Part shown: positions 39,690-49,129 of the stretch, piece by piece
How the letters are laid out: the number at the start of each line of letters is the position of its first letter
How positions within the stretch are numbered: position 1 is the stretch's first letter
Assembly (NCBI GenBank): GCA_965205505.1
Contig: CBDBHB010000009.1
Span: 1,216,001-1,280,000, forward strand
DNA: 64,000 bases
Source of the DNA: Acidobacteriota bacterium
GTDB lineage: Bacteria > Acidobacteriota > UBA890 > WLXD01
Direction: 5' to 3'
Made by a program: the position numbers and the translations under genes
Notes under the pieces: model-generated
The model's input: the letters and a program-made list of their open reading frames with translations, nothing else
What the model was told of the DNA's origin: nothing
Databases searched by the model: none

Positions 39690-41971
39690 ACGACAGCCTC
39701 TTCTCGGGGCAAGTAGGTATTCCAAAGTGCCTGTAGCGCCTCGCGCTTGTAACCTTTCGGAGTACTCCCATCGGGTAGACGTACCGTAGCCGGGCGCACC
39801 ATGAACGGCCTGAGCAGGTTGGCCAGCCCGCGCGTCGACAGCCGCTTGCCGCGCCGCCATTCACTCCAGGGCCGGTGTTGCATGGCGTGCAAGGCCTTCA
39901 GGATGCTCGAGGTGGCCATCGCGTTCGGGTCTCCGACGTCGTTGAACACCTGGTGCAGATCCACCAACAGTGTCTCTGCCGCCGCAGTTTCCTGGTCGCC
40001 GGCATCGACGTTGACATACTCGCACGCGCACCATGCCAGGCCGTTTACGCCGGCCCATTGTCCGTCAGCAACATCGGCAATCGCCAGTAACGCCTCCCAG
40101 GCGTCGCGGGCACGGTCGTGAAGGCTGGCCGGGAACGTGACGTTGTTGCGTTGCGCCAGGATCGCTTTCGCGTTGTCGCCCGTCCACTTGACGATCTGCC
40201 GTTGCAGGCGCTTGATGGCGTCGCAGTCACGGTCGCGCCAAAGAGGCAGGCTCTGTCCCGGTGGCTTCCGCTGCATTCGAACTACCAGCGCACGGTCCAG
40301 CACCGTGTCCGGGAGGTCGTCGATGCCGGCCATCACCTTCGGACACCAGCTGGAAAACCGCCGCGGCTCGTGATCCTCCCCGACGCACCGGAGCACGTAA
40401 GCGCCGCTGCGCCCCTGCGAAGAGTTGATGACGGCGATCAGATCCGGGATGTCTTTCTTAGCGAACGTCCGGTCTGCTTCGTCCAACAGCAGGGTCGGGG
40501 CGCTCTTTTCGATCACCCGGAACAGCACTGCAGGGGTCAAGTTACCCGTCGGCAGAGGTCGATGTACGAACTCCGCGATGACTTCCAGCAACAGCGACTT
40601 GCCGCACCGCTTGGTGGCGCTCGTGAGGTTCAGGAACGGCGAGACGTCCAGTCGATCATGCAGCCTCGTCATCACCACCCACAGCGCCACGGCCTCGGTC
40701 AGCGGCGCCGGCATGTACACATAGCGCGCGATCAGCGCGGCGATCTCGGCAAGCATGGCCGCTCCGTCCACCGGCTCAGGCCAGGGCTCGGGCTCGGGCT
40801 CAGGCCATTGCAGTGCGCGGCCTTGAAGAGCGTTGTCACCGCTCTCTGACGCACGGGCTGCCTTGACGTCAGAATCCAATGTCCCGACGCGCACCCCCAA
40901 GCGTTTCGCCTTCGCCTTGCGCACGCGGTCGTACTCGTACGGTGGCAGCTCGGCCAGGCGCATCACTGCCTGCTCGAACTCATCATCGCCGCCGGGTGCC
41001 CCCGCGTTCGCATCGCGCTCGGGGGCCTCCGCCAGCAGCGCGACAAGATCCATCCCATCGGGTGCTTTGTCCGCCAGATCCCAGCCCTGAGGCAGTCCCT
41101 CCGGGACTTGTACGATCCGCACCGAGGCCACACCGGCCTCTCGAGCCAAGCGCGCCACCGTGTCGGCAAAGCCAGCGCCCGGTTCATCGGCGTCCGGCCA
41201 CACCGTCACCTCGCGGCCCTCGAGCACCGACCAGTCCGTCTTGTGGGGGGATTGCGCCCCATGCATGGGTGTCGTTACCACCATGTCAGGAAACAGCTTG
41301 GAGGCCGCCTCAGCCGCCTTTTCGCCCTCGCACACCAGCACCGGTGTATCTGGGGACGCGAGGATGCCGGACAGGTTCAACAGCGGCCGTGGCGCAGGAA
41401 TCCCTTTCGCCCGCCAGCCGCGCTTGCCGTTGCCGAGATCGCACCAGGTAACAGGCCGGATTTCCTTGTCGAGCGTGCCGTCCGAGCTCTTGGTATCCCA
41501 CCGGCATACATAGCCCATCAACCGGCCTTCGGCGTCGTGGTAGGGCCAGCACTGGGACGGTGCGCCATGCTCTCGGTGGTGGTAGTGCATCTGCGATGCC
41601 TCGCGTGGCACCGGCACGATGGGCACGATGGTGTCGTTGTTGCGGCCGTTGCTCTGGAGTTCGTGGCCGTGCATCTCACCAGCAAGCCCGTTGCCGAGCG
41701 TCTTGGCGAGGTCGAGTGTGGCCTCCGATACGCGACACTTCAGCCTGAACGCGTTGAGGCTTATCGGGTCGCCAAACGTCTCGTCGGTGGCAAAATCAGC
41801 CCCGATGCCGGTGTCGATGTTGATCTTGAGACTGTCGCCGGGAGCCCCTTGCAGGTTGCCGGCCATGAACTCCCTGCCTGCGACCCGGCCGGCGGGAAAC
41901 CAGCGCTTCAACAGCTCCGGGTAGGCAGCTAGCGCTTGGGCGTTGATGGTCTCGTAGTCGATGTGGCCCAT
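39626..41971 (-). CDS. Toprim primase fused to a DUF3631 replication domain
   Basis: CEGEKAA, WPDADEPG, GWDLAD, KRCGKS, LLLDEAD, LHAMQHRPW, TPKGY. Confidence 0.88.
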   Translation of the reverse strand: MGHIDYETINAQALAAYPELLKRWFPAGRVAGREFMAGNLQGAPGDSLKINIDTGIGADFATDETFGDPISLNAFRLKCRVSEATLDLAKTLGNGLAGEMHGHELQSNGRNNDTIVPIVPVPREASQMHYHHREHGAPSQCWPYHDAEGRLMGYVCRWDTKSSDGTLDKEIRPVTWCDLGNGKRGWRAKGIPAPRPLLNLSGILASPDTPVLVCEGEKAAEAASKLFPDMVVTTPMHGAQSPHKTDWSVLEGREVTVWPDADEPGAGFADTVARLAREAGVASVRIVQVPEGLPQGWDLADKAPDGMDLVALLAEAPERDANAGAPGGDDEFEQAVMRLAELPPYEYDRVRKAKAKRLGVRVGTLDSDVKAARASESGDNALQGRALQWPEPEPEPWPEPVDGAAMLAEIAALIARYVYMPAPLTEAVALWVVMTRLHDRLDVSPFLNLTSATKRCGKSLLLEVIAEFVHRPLPTGNLTPAVLFRVIEKSAPTLLLDEADRTFAKKDIPDLIAVINSSQGRSGAYVLRCVGEDHEPRRFSSWCPKVMAGIDDLPDTVLDRALVVRMQRKPPGQSLPLWRDRDCDAIKRLQRQIVKWTGDNAKAILAQRNNVTFPASLHDRARDAWEALLAIADVADGQWAGVNGLAWCACEYVNVDAGDQETAAAETLLVDLHQVFNDVGDPNAMATSSILKALHAMQHRPWSEWRRGKRLSTRGLANLLRPFMVRPATVRLPDGSTPKGYKREALQALWNTYLPREEAVVSATPPQPNEINNLQRFLSAT

Positions 41972-42010
41972 CGGCCCGCTCTCATGGCTCGTGCAGTCTG
42001 ATTATCCGGC

Positions 42011-42316
42011 TCATCGCCCCGCCTGGCTCGTACTCCGGTACGGCTGGCTAAGCTTCCTGGCAACCCACTCATCGAGGCTGTCTCGCGGGTACATGACGTA
42101 ACGACCGAACTTCAGAAACTCCGGTCCGCCACCAACGCATCGCCACTTGCTCAACGTAGCGACTGCGACCGGGACGTTGTGCACTTCGGCCAGGTACGCG
42201 GAGGCTTCCACCGGGTTGAGTCGCCGCTTGTTGAACCGCGACTGAAGGGCGGTGGCGGCGTCCGCAGCGTTGGCCGGAGTCGCGCTGTTGGCTTCGTAGT
42301 GCGTGATGTCAGTCAT
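42011..42316 (-). CDS. AlpA/excisionase-like DNA-binding protein
   Basis: EASAYL...TLSKWRCVGGGPEFLKFGRYVMY...LDEW. Confidence 0.88.
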   Translation of the reverse strand: MTDITHYEANSATPANAADAATALQSRFNKRRLNPVEASAYLAEVHNVPVAVATLSKWRCVGGGPEFLKFGRYVMYPRDSLDEWVARKLSQPYRSTSQAGR

Positions 42317-42335
42317 TTCGATCGTCCTCGTTGCC

Positions 42336-42749
42336 TCAATTCTCAGATTTGGGGGTTGCCGCCGCGCGCAGTGGCGCGTCCGGATCGTAGGAGCCGATCT
42401 TCGCTTGCGACGCCACGAGGAGCTCGAGGTATCCGCGCCGTTGCTCCGCTGTCATCGCCTCCAACACTTTCAGCTGGTCGTTGAGCAGCTTTTCGAGCTC
42501 CTCCAGGAAGCTCGACTTGCTGATCAGCAGGCTGTCCGGACCCATGGTCAGATCCGCCACGACCAAGGCGAAGTCGATCACCACGGAATCGGAGATCTTG
42601 GCTTCGGGGTTGCGGACGAAACCCGGCAACTGGATGTTCCGCATCACCTCTCGGAGGCGTTCAATCAGCTCGGCGCATTGGAGTCGTACCGCAATTCTCT
42701 GGGTCTGTGACGTCAACTGTATCCTCCTCGTTACATAGTATGGTAACAT
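42336..42749 (-). CDS. Hypothetical protein
   Basis: 137-aa ORF co-oriented with the alpA-like gene. Confidence 0.5.
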   Translation of the reverse strand: MLPYYVTRRIQLTSQTQRIAVRLQCAELIERLREVMRNIQLPGFVRNPEAKISDSVVIDFALVVADLTMGPDSLLISKSSFLEELEKLLNDQLKVLEAMTAEQRRGYLELLVASQAKIGSYDPDAPLRAAATPKSEN

Positions 42750-43009
42750 TTGTTACATGTCAGAGTATATACTGATGTCGATCATGATACAAAAAAGATC
42801 GATCCGTCCAGAAAATAGACCAACAAGCTCACTAGTGTACGTCTCCGGGGTCCTGATGCGGCGCTGCCACCTCCACAAGCTATGCAAACGTGCTGGAGCA
42901 GTTGCCCCGCCGTATCCAGCGCTGGTCCACATCGAGGCCTGGTTGGCGAGCCGCCCGACAGCCGTGCCGTACGGCAATCAGCGTTCTTCCTCACCGCCAG
43001 CGGCGTGAC

Positions 43010-43315
43010 ATGGCGAGCGCGGAGCAGATCGTCCGCGCGCTCGCGGGTCGATGCAGCGGACATGGCGGCATGTGCCGTTGCCCGGCGCACAAGGACCGCA
43101 ACGTGAGTCTGAGCGCGACAGAGCGCGACGGGCAGGTGCTGTTGCACTGTCACGCCGGATGCATGCAGGAGGCGGTCCTGGAGGCCCTCACGGCCCGGAG
43201 TCTGGGCATCCGCCGCCACCCCGAGCTCGGCAGGCCAGCGCACACGTGGCCCTACCACGACGCTGAGGATGACCTTGTGGGCTGGATCCAGGTGCGCCGG
43301 GAGCGCGCGTCATGA
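43010..43315 (+). CDS. Primase zinc-binding domain protein
   Basis: CPAHKDRNVSLS...LLHCHAGC; stop overlaps the next start. Confidence 0.75.
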   Translation: MASAEQIVRALAGRCSGHGGMCRCPAHKDRNVSLSATERDGQVLLHCHAGCMQEAVLEALTARSLGIRRHPELGRPAHTWPYHDAEDDLVGWIQVRRERAS

Positions 43316-45084
43316 GCGAGCCACCGATCACGGCCGACCAGATCCCGTGGGGTCAGCAAGTCAACTCGACTCGCGACCGGTCGCTGAAGGCGCGGATCGA
43401 GCGATCGATCAAAACCGGCGACGAGCTGGAACCGACCGACCGGCACCTGGCTGCCTTGCTCGAGCTGATCGACCGGGACAAGGATATCGAGCGCGGCGGC
43501 GGGCGCGACACGAGGCAGCGGCTCGATACTTTGGCCGAAGCCAGGCCGCACCTGGGGGCGCTCGACAACGTTAGTTATTCGGTGATCCATGGAGAGCTGG
43601 CTAAGGCGCTCGGGATCAACCGAACGCAGCTGAAGGACATCAGGGCCACCGAGAGGAGCAGAGTCTCTCGCAACGGCGCCAGCGCAGTTGCCATCAACCT
43701 GAGCGACGACATCGACCTGACGGACGACGGCCTCGCTTTGGAGCTCGGCGACAGATGGCCTGACGCTCGGCACGTGGCGGCCTGGAATCAATGGCTGTTC
43801 TTCAAAGAATCGCGGTGGGTCGTGGACAAATGCCTTGAGCACATGACGCGCGTCCGGGATTTCCTGCGGGAAAAGGTGGAAGCCCTCCAAGAGTGGGCTG
43901 AGAAGAAGGCTGAGAGCCTGGACGGTGAGGCACGCAAGAAGTTCCTGCGCTGGGTCGGAAACAAGCCTGACAAGTTGCGGAGTGCTCAAACCGTCAGGCA
44001 GGTGGTGGGTCTCGCGCGGAGCAACGATGCCCAGGCCGCGCAAGTAGCGCAGTGGGATCGCGATCCCTGGCTGCTGGGCACGCCGGGCGGCACCGTCGAC
44101 CTCCGAACGGGGGAAGTCCGCGATGGGAGCCCGGAGGACTACATAACGAAGGCGACGGCCGTGGTGCCCGCACCCCAGGGAACGCCGACGCCGCCTCGAT
44201 GGGCCGCCTTCCTGGAGCGCATCATGGGCGGCAACGAGGAACAGGTTGGCTACATGCAGCGGTTCGCTGGCTACGCCCTGACAGGGAGCATCCGGGAGCA
44301 CGCCTTTGTCTTCGGCCACGGCACCGGCGCGAATGGGAAGGGCGTGTTCACAGGAACGCTCCAGGGTGTGCTCGGCGACTACGCGCTGACCGTGCCCACG
44401 GAGATGCTCATGGTCACGCGGGGCGAACATCACCCGACGGAGTTGGCCCGGTTGCGTGGCGTCCGCCTGGCGATCGGGTCGGAGACAGAGGTAGGCAGGA
44501 CCTGGGCGGAGGCACGCATCAAGTCCTTGACCGGTGGTGATCGGATCGCGGCGCGCTTCATGCGCCAGGACTTCTTCGAGTTTGACCCGGAGTTCAAGCT
44601 GTTCGTGGTCGGCAACCACACGCCGTCTTTGCGTGGCGTGGACGAAGCGATCCGCCGCCGTCTGCACCTGTTGCCGTTTACCGTCAACATCCCTGCCGCA
44701 GAACAGGACCCGAAGCTGTCGATGAAGCTCAAGGAAGAGTGGCCGGGCATCCTGCGGTGGGCAATCGACGGCTGCCTCCAGTGGCAGCGAAAAGGCCTGA
44801 GTCCGCCGCCATCGGTTCTCGAGGCCACCGACCAGTACTTGATGGCCGAGGACGCCGTTGGCCGGTGGCTCGAAGAGTGCACACGCAAGGGTGCGAATGG
44901 GTTCAGCTCTTCCCGAGACCTCTTTGACAGCTGGAAGCAGTGGGCCGAGGCCAACGGCGAGTACGTGATCTCCAAGAAGCGCCTCGGGCAAGAACTCACC
45001 GCCCGTCGCTACAACTCCCGCCGGCAACCGGGCGGCGGCGCCCGCGGGTACGTCAGTCTAACGCTCCTACAGGGGCTGTCATGA
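43312..45084 (+). CDS. Phage/plasmid P4-family primase-helicase (D5/SF3)
   Basis: GTVDLRTG, GTGANGKG, IKSLTGGD, AIRRRL, GILRWAIDG. Confidence 0.93.
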   Translation: MSEPPITADQIPWGQQVNSTRDRSLKARIERSIKTGDELEPTDRHLAALLELIDRDKDIERGGGRDTRQRLDTLAEARPHLGALDNVSYSVIHGELAKALGINRTQLKDIRATERSRVSRNGASAVAINLSDDIDLTDDGLALELGDRWPDARHVAAWNQWLFFKESRWVVDKCLEHMTRVRDFLREKVEALQEWAEKKAESLDGEARKKFLRWVGNKPDKLRSAQTVRQVVGLARSNDAQAAQVAQWDRDPWLLGTPGGTVDLRTGEVRDGSPEDYITKATAVVPAPQGTPTPPRWAAFLERIMGGNEEQVGYMQRFAGYALTGSIREHAFVFGHGTGANGKGVFTGTLQGVLGDYALTVPTEMLMVTRGEHHPTELARLRGVRLAIGSETEVGRTWAEARIKSLTGGDRIAARFMRQDFFEFDPEFKLFVVGNHTPSLRGVDEAIRRRLHLLPFTVNIPAAEQDPKLSMKLKEEWPGILRWAIDGCLQWQRKGLSPPPSVLEATDQYLMAEDAVGRWLEECTRKGANGFSSSRDLFDSWKQWAEANGEYVISKKRLGQELTARRYNSRRQPGGGARGYVSLTLLQGLS

Positions 45085-45090
45085 TCGCCC

Positions 45091-45197
45091 TGTACCACAT
45101 GTACCGCGTGTCCCTATTTTGGACGTATAGAGTTATCCGTGTAGCGCCCACGCGCCCGCTACGTCCTAAAGGGAAAGTCGCGGTACACGTGGTACGG
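45091..45197. other. Inverted TGTACC/GGTACA iterons, putative origin
   Basis: tgtaccacatgtaccgcg ... cgcggtacacgtggtacg immediately after the P4 primase. Confidence 0.6.
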
Positions 45198-45457
45198 GGT
45201 GCTCGGCGGGCGCCCGTCCGGCCTGGAGCGATAGTGCACGGATCTGCAGCTGAGCACGGCGGACCTGGCGAATGCGCTCGGGGTGCCCCTCGACACGGTG
45301 TTCGTCGAGTGGAGGCCATCGTGACAGTCGACGAGGTCGGCCCGTGGGTGCCGTGGGTTCTTCCGCAGCGTCGCCCTGAACGGGCGTCCGTTTTCCGCAA
45401 GTACCGCTAGTTTGTGGGCGTTCTGTGGGGGGGAGTATCGTCAGAAATGGTGGTCAG

Positions 45458-45965
45458 ATGAGCACTGACGGCGAGCTGCTCGTGACGCGGCGCCAGCTGT
45501 GCGCGATCTACGACCGAAGCGACTGGACGATCTTCCGGTGGGCGACCGGTTGTCCTGGCGAGCGGCGCCAGCCTCGGCGCCCGATGCTGTATGACCTGGT
45601 TGCTGTGGGCGGCTTGGCGCTGTGAGAGGCGCGCGGCGCTCGTTTGCCGAGAGGGAAACCGGAACCGTCGACGAGCTCGCACCGATGCGTCTGGCGCTAG
45701 TGGCGGCGGCGACCCCGAAGGCCCGCGAGTCGGAAGCGCCGGCGAAGCTGACCGAGCAGACGTACCGCCAGCGCGCCGGCGAGCGCCAGGTCCTCGTCCT
45801 TCCTTGCCGGCGAGCGCGACCAGGACCTCGCGCACCGCGCGCTCCAACTCGTTGCCGAGGCCGCTCTTACCGCCGCGATCGTACGTCAGCGCCAGGTGGT
45901 CGAGGATCGTGGCCGACCAGCTCAGCAGCCGCGTCCGCACCGCGACAATGTGTCCGGCCCATCGA
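45458..45965 (+). pseudogene. Lambda Nu1-like small terminase relic, frameshifted, with the C-terminal half inverted
   Basis: VTRRQLCAIYDRSDWTIFRW..GCP...LYD winged-HTH on +; WAGHIVAVRTRLL...ERAVREVL on -. Confidence 0.6.
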
Positions 45966-46642
45966 GGCCGTGATCTACTTCGAAGGCCTGCTCGAGGCCA
46001 CCTTCGAGCCCGCAACTACGCACAGGGTCCGTGAGCAGCGGGGCAACCGGGAGATCACGCGCGAGGCGCTGCTGGTCGGCGTTATCGTGTCCAGGTAGAC
46101 GGCCCCACGGGGAGCAGGTCAGGTGCACCTAACAACAGGTGCACGGGGTAGGGGTACGGGTATCCGCAAGGAATCCCGTTCCGATCCGAGGACCACTCTA
46201 AGGGCTTTTCTTCGCTAAACCGCGTGTTAAAAAGATTCCAAAAAGCCTTATGTTAACTTTTGTAGTGTTTCGTAGCGTATGAACATGCTTCATTTGTGAC
46301 CCCTGAGTTGTATATACGTGGTCATTGATCTTGAGGAAAGTAATCACAGCGATGTACCACACAATGTCCGCTTGTTAAATACAATGCCTCGAAGCCCACG
46401 AAGCAGAATCGGAACGCTCCAGCGAAGTTGGGACGACTATTACGAGCCGCAGGTCGGGATCAGTGCCGATAGCGCTCGTTACGTCAGGCATCGCGCCGCA
46501 CGCAGCTTTACCGAATGCCTGGCGCGGATGTTCCCACTCGTCGAGTTCCGGGGTCGCAGTCTTCCTGACCCAAACCCCGAAAACGGTGCCAGGTTGATGT
46601 TTAGGAAATCGGTGTACCGTCGTCCTCCAAGCAGGAGGACAG

Positions 46643-46909
46643 ATGAAGCGGAAGAGGTACACGGACGAGCAGATCGCCTACGCGCTGCGGCAGGCTGAGG
46701 CGGGCACGCCGATCAAGGAGGTGTGTCGCAAGCTGGGCGTCAGCGAGCAGACGTTCTACACGTGGCGCCGCAAGTTCGCCGGGATGGGCGTGGCCGAACT
46801 TCGGGAGCTACGACAACTCCGCCATGAGAACCGGAAGTTGAAGCAGCTGGTGGCAGATCTGAGCTTGGACAAGCACATGCTCCAGGAGGTGCTGTCAAAA
46901 AAGGTGTGA
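46643..46909 (+). CDS. IS3 transposase OrfA
   Basis: [24 protein letters not shown]; A6G slippery motif near 46897. Confidence 0.93.
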   Translation: MKRKRYTDEQIAYALRQAEAGTPIKEVCRKLGVSEQTFYTWRRKFAGMGVAELRELRQLRHENRKLKQLVADLSLDKHMLQEVLSKKV

Positions 46910-47760
46910 AGCCGGCGCGCAAGCGCGAGGTGGTGCGGTACCTGCAGGACGGGTTCCGTGTCAGTGAGCGTCGAGCGTGTCGGCTGATCGAGTTGTCGCG
47001 CACCAGCCATCGGTATCAGAGCACAAGGACGGACGACCCCGTGCTGCGGCGTCGTCTTGGCGAGCTCGCCGCGGCGCGTCCGCGGTTCGGGTATCGGAGG
47101 TTGTGCGTGTTGCTACGCCGCGAGGGATGGGTAGTGAACCAGAAGCGCGTGTATCGGATCTATCGAGAGGAGGGGCTGGAGGTACGGACCAAAAAGCGAC
47201 GGCGCAAGCGGGCGAGTCACATACGGCTTGTGCTGCCGCCCGCAGAGCGGCCCAACGAGCGCTGGAGCATGGACTTCGTGACCGATCGGCTCGAGAGTGG
47301 CCGGCCGTTTCGGGTGCTGACGGTGGTCGATCAGTTTAGCCGTGAATGTCCGTTACTTGAGCCGGGCGTGTCGATGACCGGCAAGGCGGTGGCTGGAGCA
47401 CTCGAGCGGCTGTCGTTTGCCGGGCCGTTGCCACGGGTCATCACCGTCGATAATGGCTCAGAATTCTACTCCCAGGCGATGGACTCCTGGGCGTACCGAA
47501 GAGGCGTGCAGTTGGAGTTCATTCGGCCGGGAAAGCCCGTGGAGAATGCGTTCATCGAGAGTTTCAACGGACGGCTTCGCGACGAATGCCTCAACGCCAA
47601 CCTGTTCTTCTCGATCGATGACGCGCGCCGAAAACTGGAGGCTTGGAGGCTTGATTACAATACCCACAGACCACACAGCTCACTGAACGATCGAACTCCT
47701 ACGGAGTTCGCCAGGGGCTGGCAACCGGAGGCTTCGGAACACCGAATCCTAAACCTCTGA
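46906..47760 (+). CDS. IS3 transposase OrfB (DDE)
   Basis: [26 protein letters not shown]. Confidence 0.95.
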   Translation: MKPARKREVVRYLQDGFRVSERRACRLIELSRTSHRYQSTRTDDPVLRRRLGELAAARPRFGYRRLCVLLRREGWVVNQKRVYRIYREEGLEVRTKKRRRKRASHIRLVLPPAERPNERWSMDFVTDRLESGRPFRVLTVVDQFSRECPLLEPGVSMTGKAVAGALERLSFAGPLPRVITVDNGSEFYSQAMDSWAYRRGVQLEFIRPGKPVENAFIESFNGRLRDECLNANLFFSIDDARRKLEAWRLDYNTHRPHSSLNDRTPTEFARGWQPEASEHRILNL

Positions 47761-48096
47761 CTGGTACTGATTTCGGGGTGGGGTCAAGCACCGAGTTACT
47801 GAGATTAGACGTGGTACTAACCGTGGGGTCAGGTCATTCCCATCCAGAACGAGGGCGGAGTGTTGCGGGACTTGGAGCACTTGCTGGATCGCATCCTGAA
47901 TGACCAGGTGATCATTGCGCAGGCACGGCAGGGCGAGCGGCCAAGACAATTGCCATCAAGTTCGCACCCCTGCTTCACGAGGTCGAACCGGCGCGCAGCG
48001 AATGGCGAGCGCAAGTGACCTGCTAGTTTTCTCGTGTGCCCGGCTGGAGCTGGTCATCTCGACCTACTTGCCCAGGGCCGCTTCTGACTCCAGTCA

Positions 48097-49035
48097 CTAC
48101 GATTGCGCCCACAGGGTTGGCTTGAAGGTAGCCACCTGATCGAGCATCCGCTCCTTCTGGCCGGGCGTGAAGCGCTCCGTACAGGCGTCTGGTGAGTAGT
48201 CCATGAAGTTGGTGATCGGGTCCACTCCGAGATCGTCCGGGCAGGTGTCGCGGCCGATTACGCAACGGAATGACGGCCTGGCCTCCCGTGGCGTGTCCGC
48301 AACCCGATCGCCCTTGCCGGTGCAGCCATCTCGGAACGTGTGGGAAAGGCCCAGATAGTGCCCCACCTCGTGCACGAGTAGATCGCCCTCGTCGTAGGGA
48401 CTTGCACCGCCGCCCGGGAAAAATGCGTAATGAACCACCGCCCCGTGCAGGTAATGATCCTCCGGCCTGCTCTGCGGCAACCGTGCATAGCCCCCCTGCC
48501 TTGCTCTGCAGCTGTACACGTTGAGCGTTGTCGGCGGGTCGATGGCGTGCTTCCGCTTGAAGCGTCTTTCGGCGGGGTAGTTTCCGCACTTGCGGGCGAA
48601 CTTGTTGTCGTTGTAGCGAATCAGCTGCCGCAGCGAGAACTTGAATCCCTTGCTCTTGAACGCGTCGTTGAGCACGTCGAGCTGCTGTCGCACCTGCTGA
48701 TCGGTGACATTGAACTGCTTGCCCTTTCTGGCGCGGACGATATGGAAAACAATCGGGATGTTGATCTTGCCCCGGGGCTGAAAGTCACCGCGAAGCCTTC
48801 GGTTCGCCTCGACAAGCTGGTCCACTAACATCGCTTCCGCCTCGTAAACCGGGCGCGTTGCACAGAGAACGCCCGCCTGCCTGCCGCCGTTGCCATCGGC
48901 AAACTCGATATCCGGTGCAAGTTGGGTGCGATCCCAGGCCTCGATAGCTGCAGGCGGACTCTGTGCCCCCGGCGCGCCCGCCATGGCGAGTAGCGCGAAC
49001 GCCACGCCGGCGACGATTCGATACGGCACTTTCAT
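48097..49035 (-). CDS. Secreted zinc metalloprotease, M43 (ulilysin/pappalysin-like)
   Basis: HEVGHYLGLSHTF, DTP, NFMDYS Met-turn, FTPGQ; signal peptide. Confidence 0.92.
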   Translation of the reverse strand: MKVPYRIVAGVAFALLAMAGAPGAQSPPAAIEAWDRTQLAPDIEFADGNGGRQAGVLCATRPVYEAEAMLVDQLVEANRRLRGDFQPRGKINIPIVFHIVRARKGKQFNVTDQQVRQQLDVLNDAFKSKGFKFSLRQLIRYNDNKFARKCGNYPAERRFKRKHAIDPPTTLNVYSCRARQGGYARLPQSRPEDHYLHGAVVHYAFFPGGGASPYDEGDLLVHEVGHYLGLSHTFRDGCTGKGDRVADTPREARPSFRCVIGRDTCPDDLGVDPITNFMDYSPDACTERFTPGQKERMLDQVATFKPTLWAQS

Positions 49036-49129
49036 GGCAACGTCTTGTCTTGTGACCAGTTCTAAGGGTGGCCCAGGGTTGAATGGTTGATTCGTGTTCG
49101 GTCTTGGAGGGAGCTGGTGCCACTACTAC

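Larger units (their letters stand above)
46566..47836 (+). mobile_element. IS3-family element IS-B (46566-47786) plus a captured right end of IS-A (47787-47836), flanked by TTCC
   Basis: Ends tgacccaaaccccgaaa / tttcggggtggggtca; 50-bp IS-A end; TTCC at 46562-46565 and 47837-47840. Confidence 0.9.
46318..48019 (+). pseudogene. Hypothetical gene interrupted by IS-B
   Basis: Removing 46566-47840 gives a continuous frame ...EFRGRSLP-IQNEGGVLRDLEHLL... Confidence 0.6.

Noticed and set aside
43252-45027. 591-aa antisense ORF and similar long shadow ORFs (7922-8848, 33644-34636, 61718-62749)
   Set aside because: Opposite-strand shadows of well-supported genes in high-GC DNA, with no recognisable motifs.
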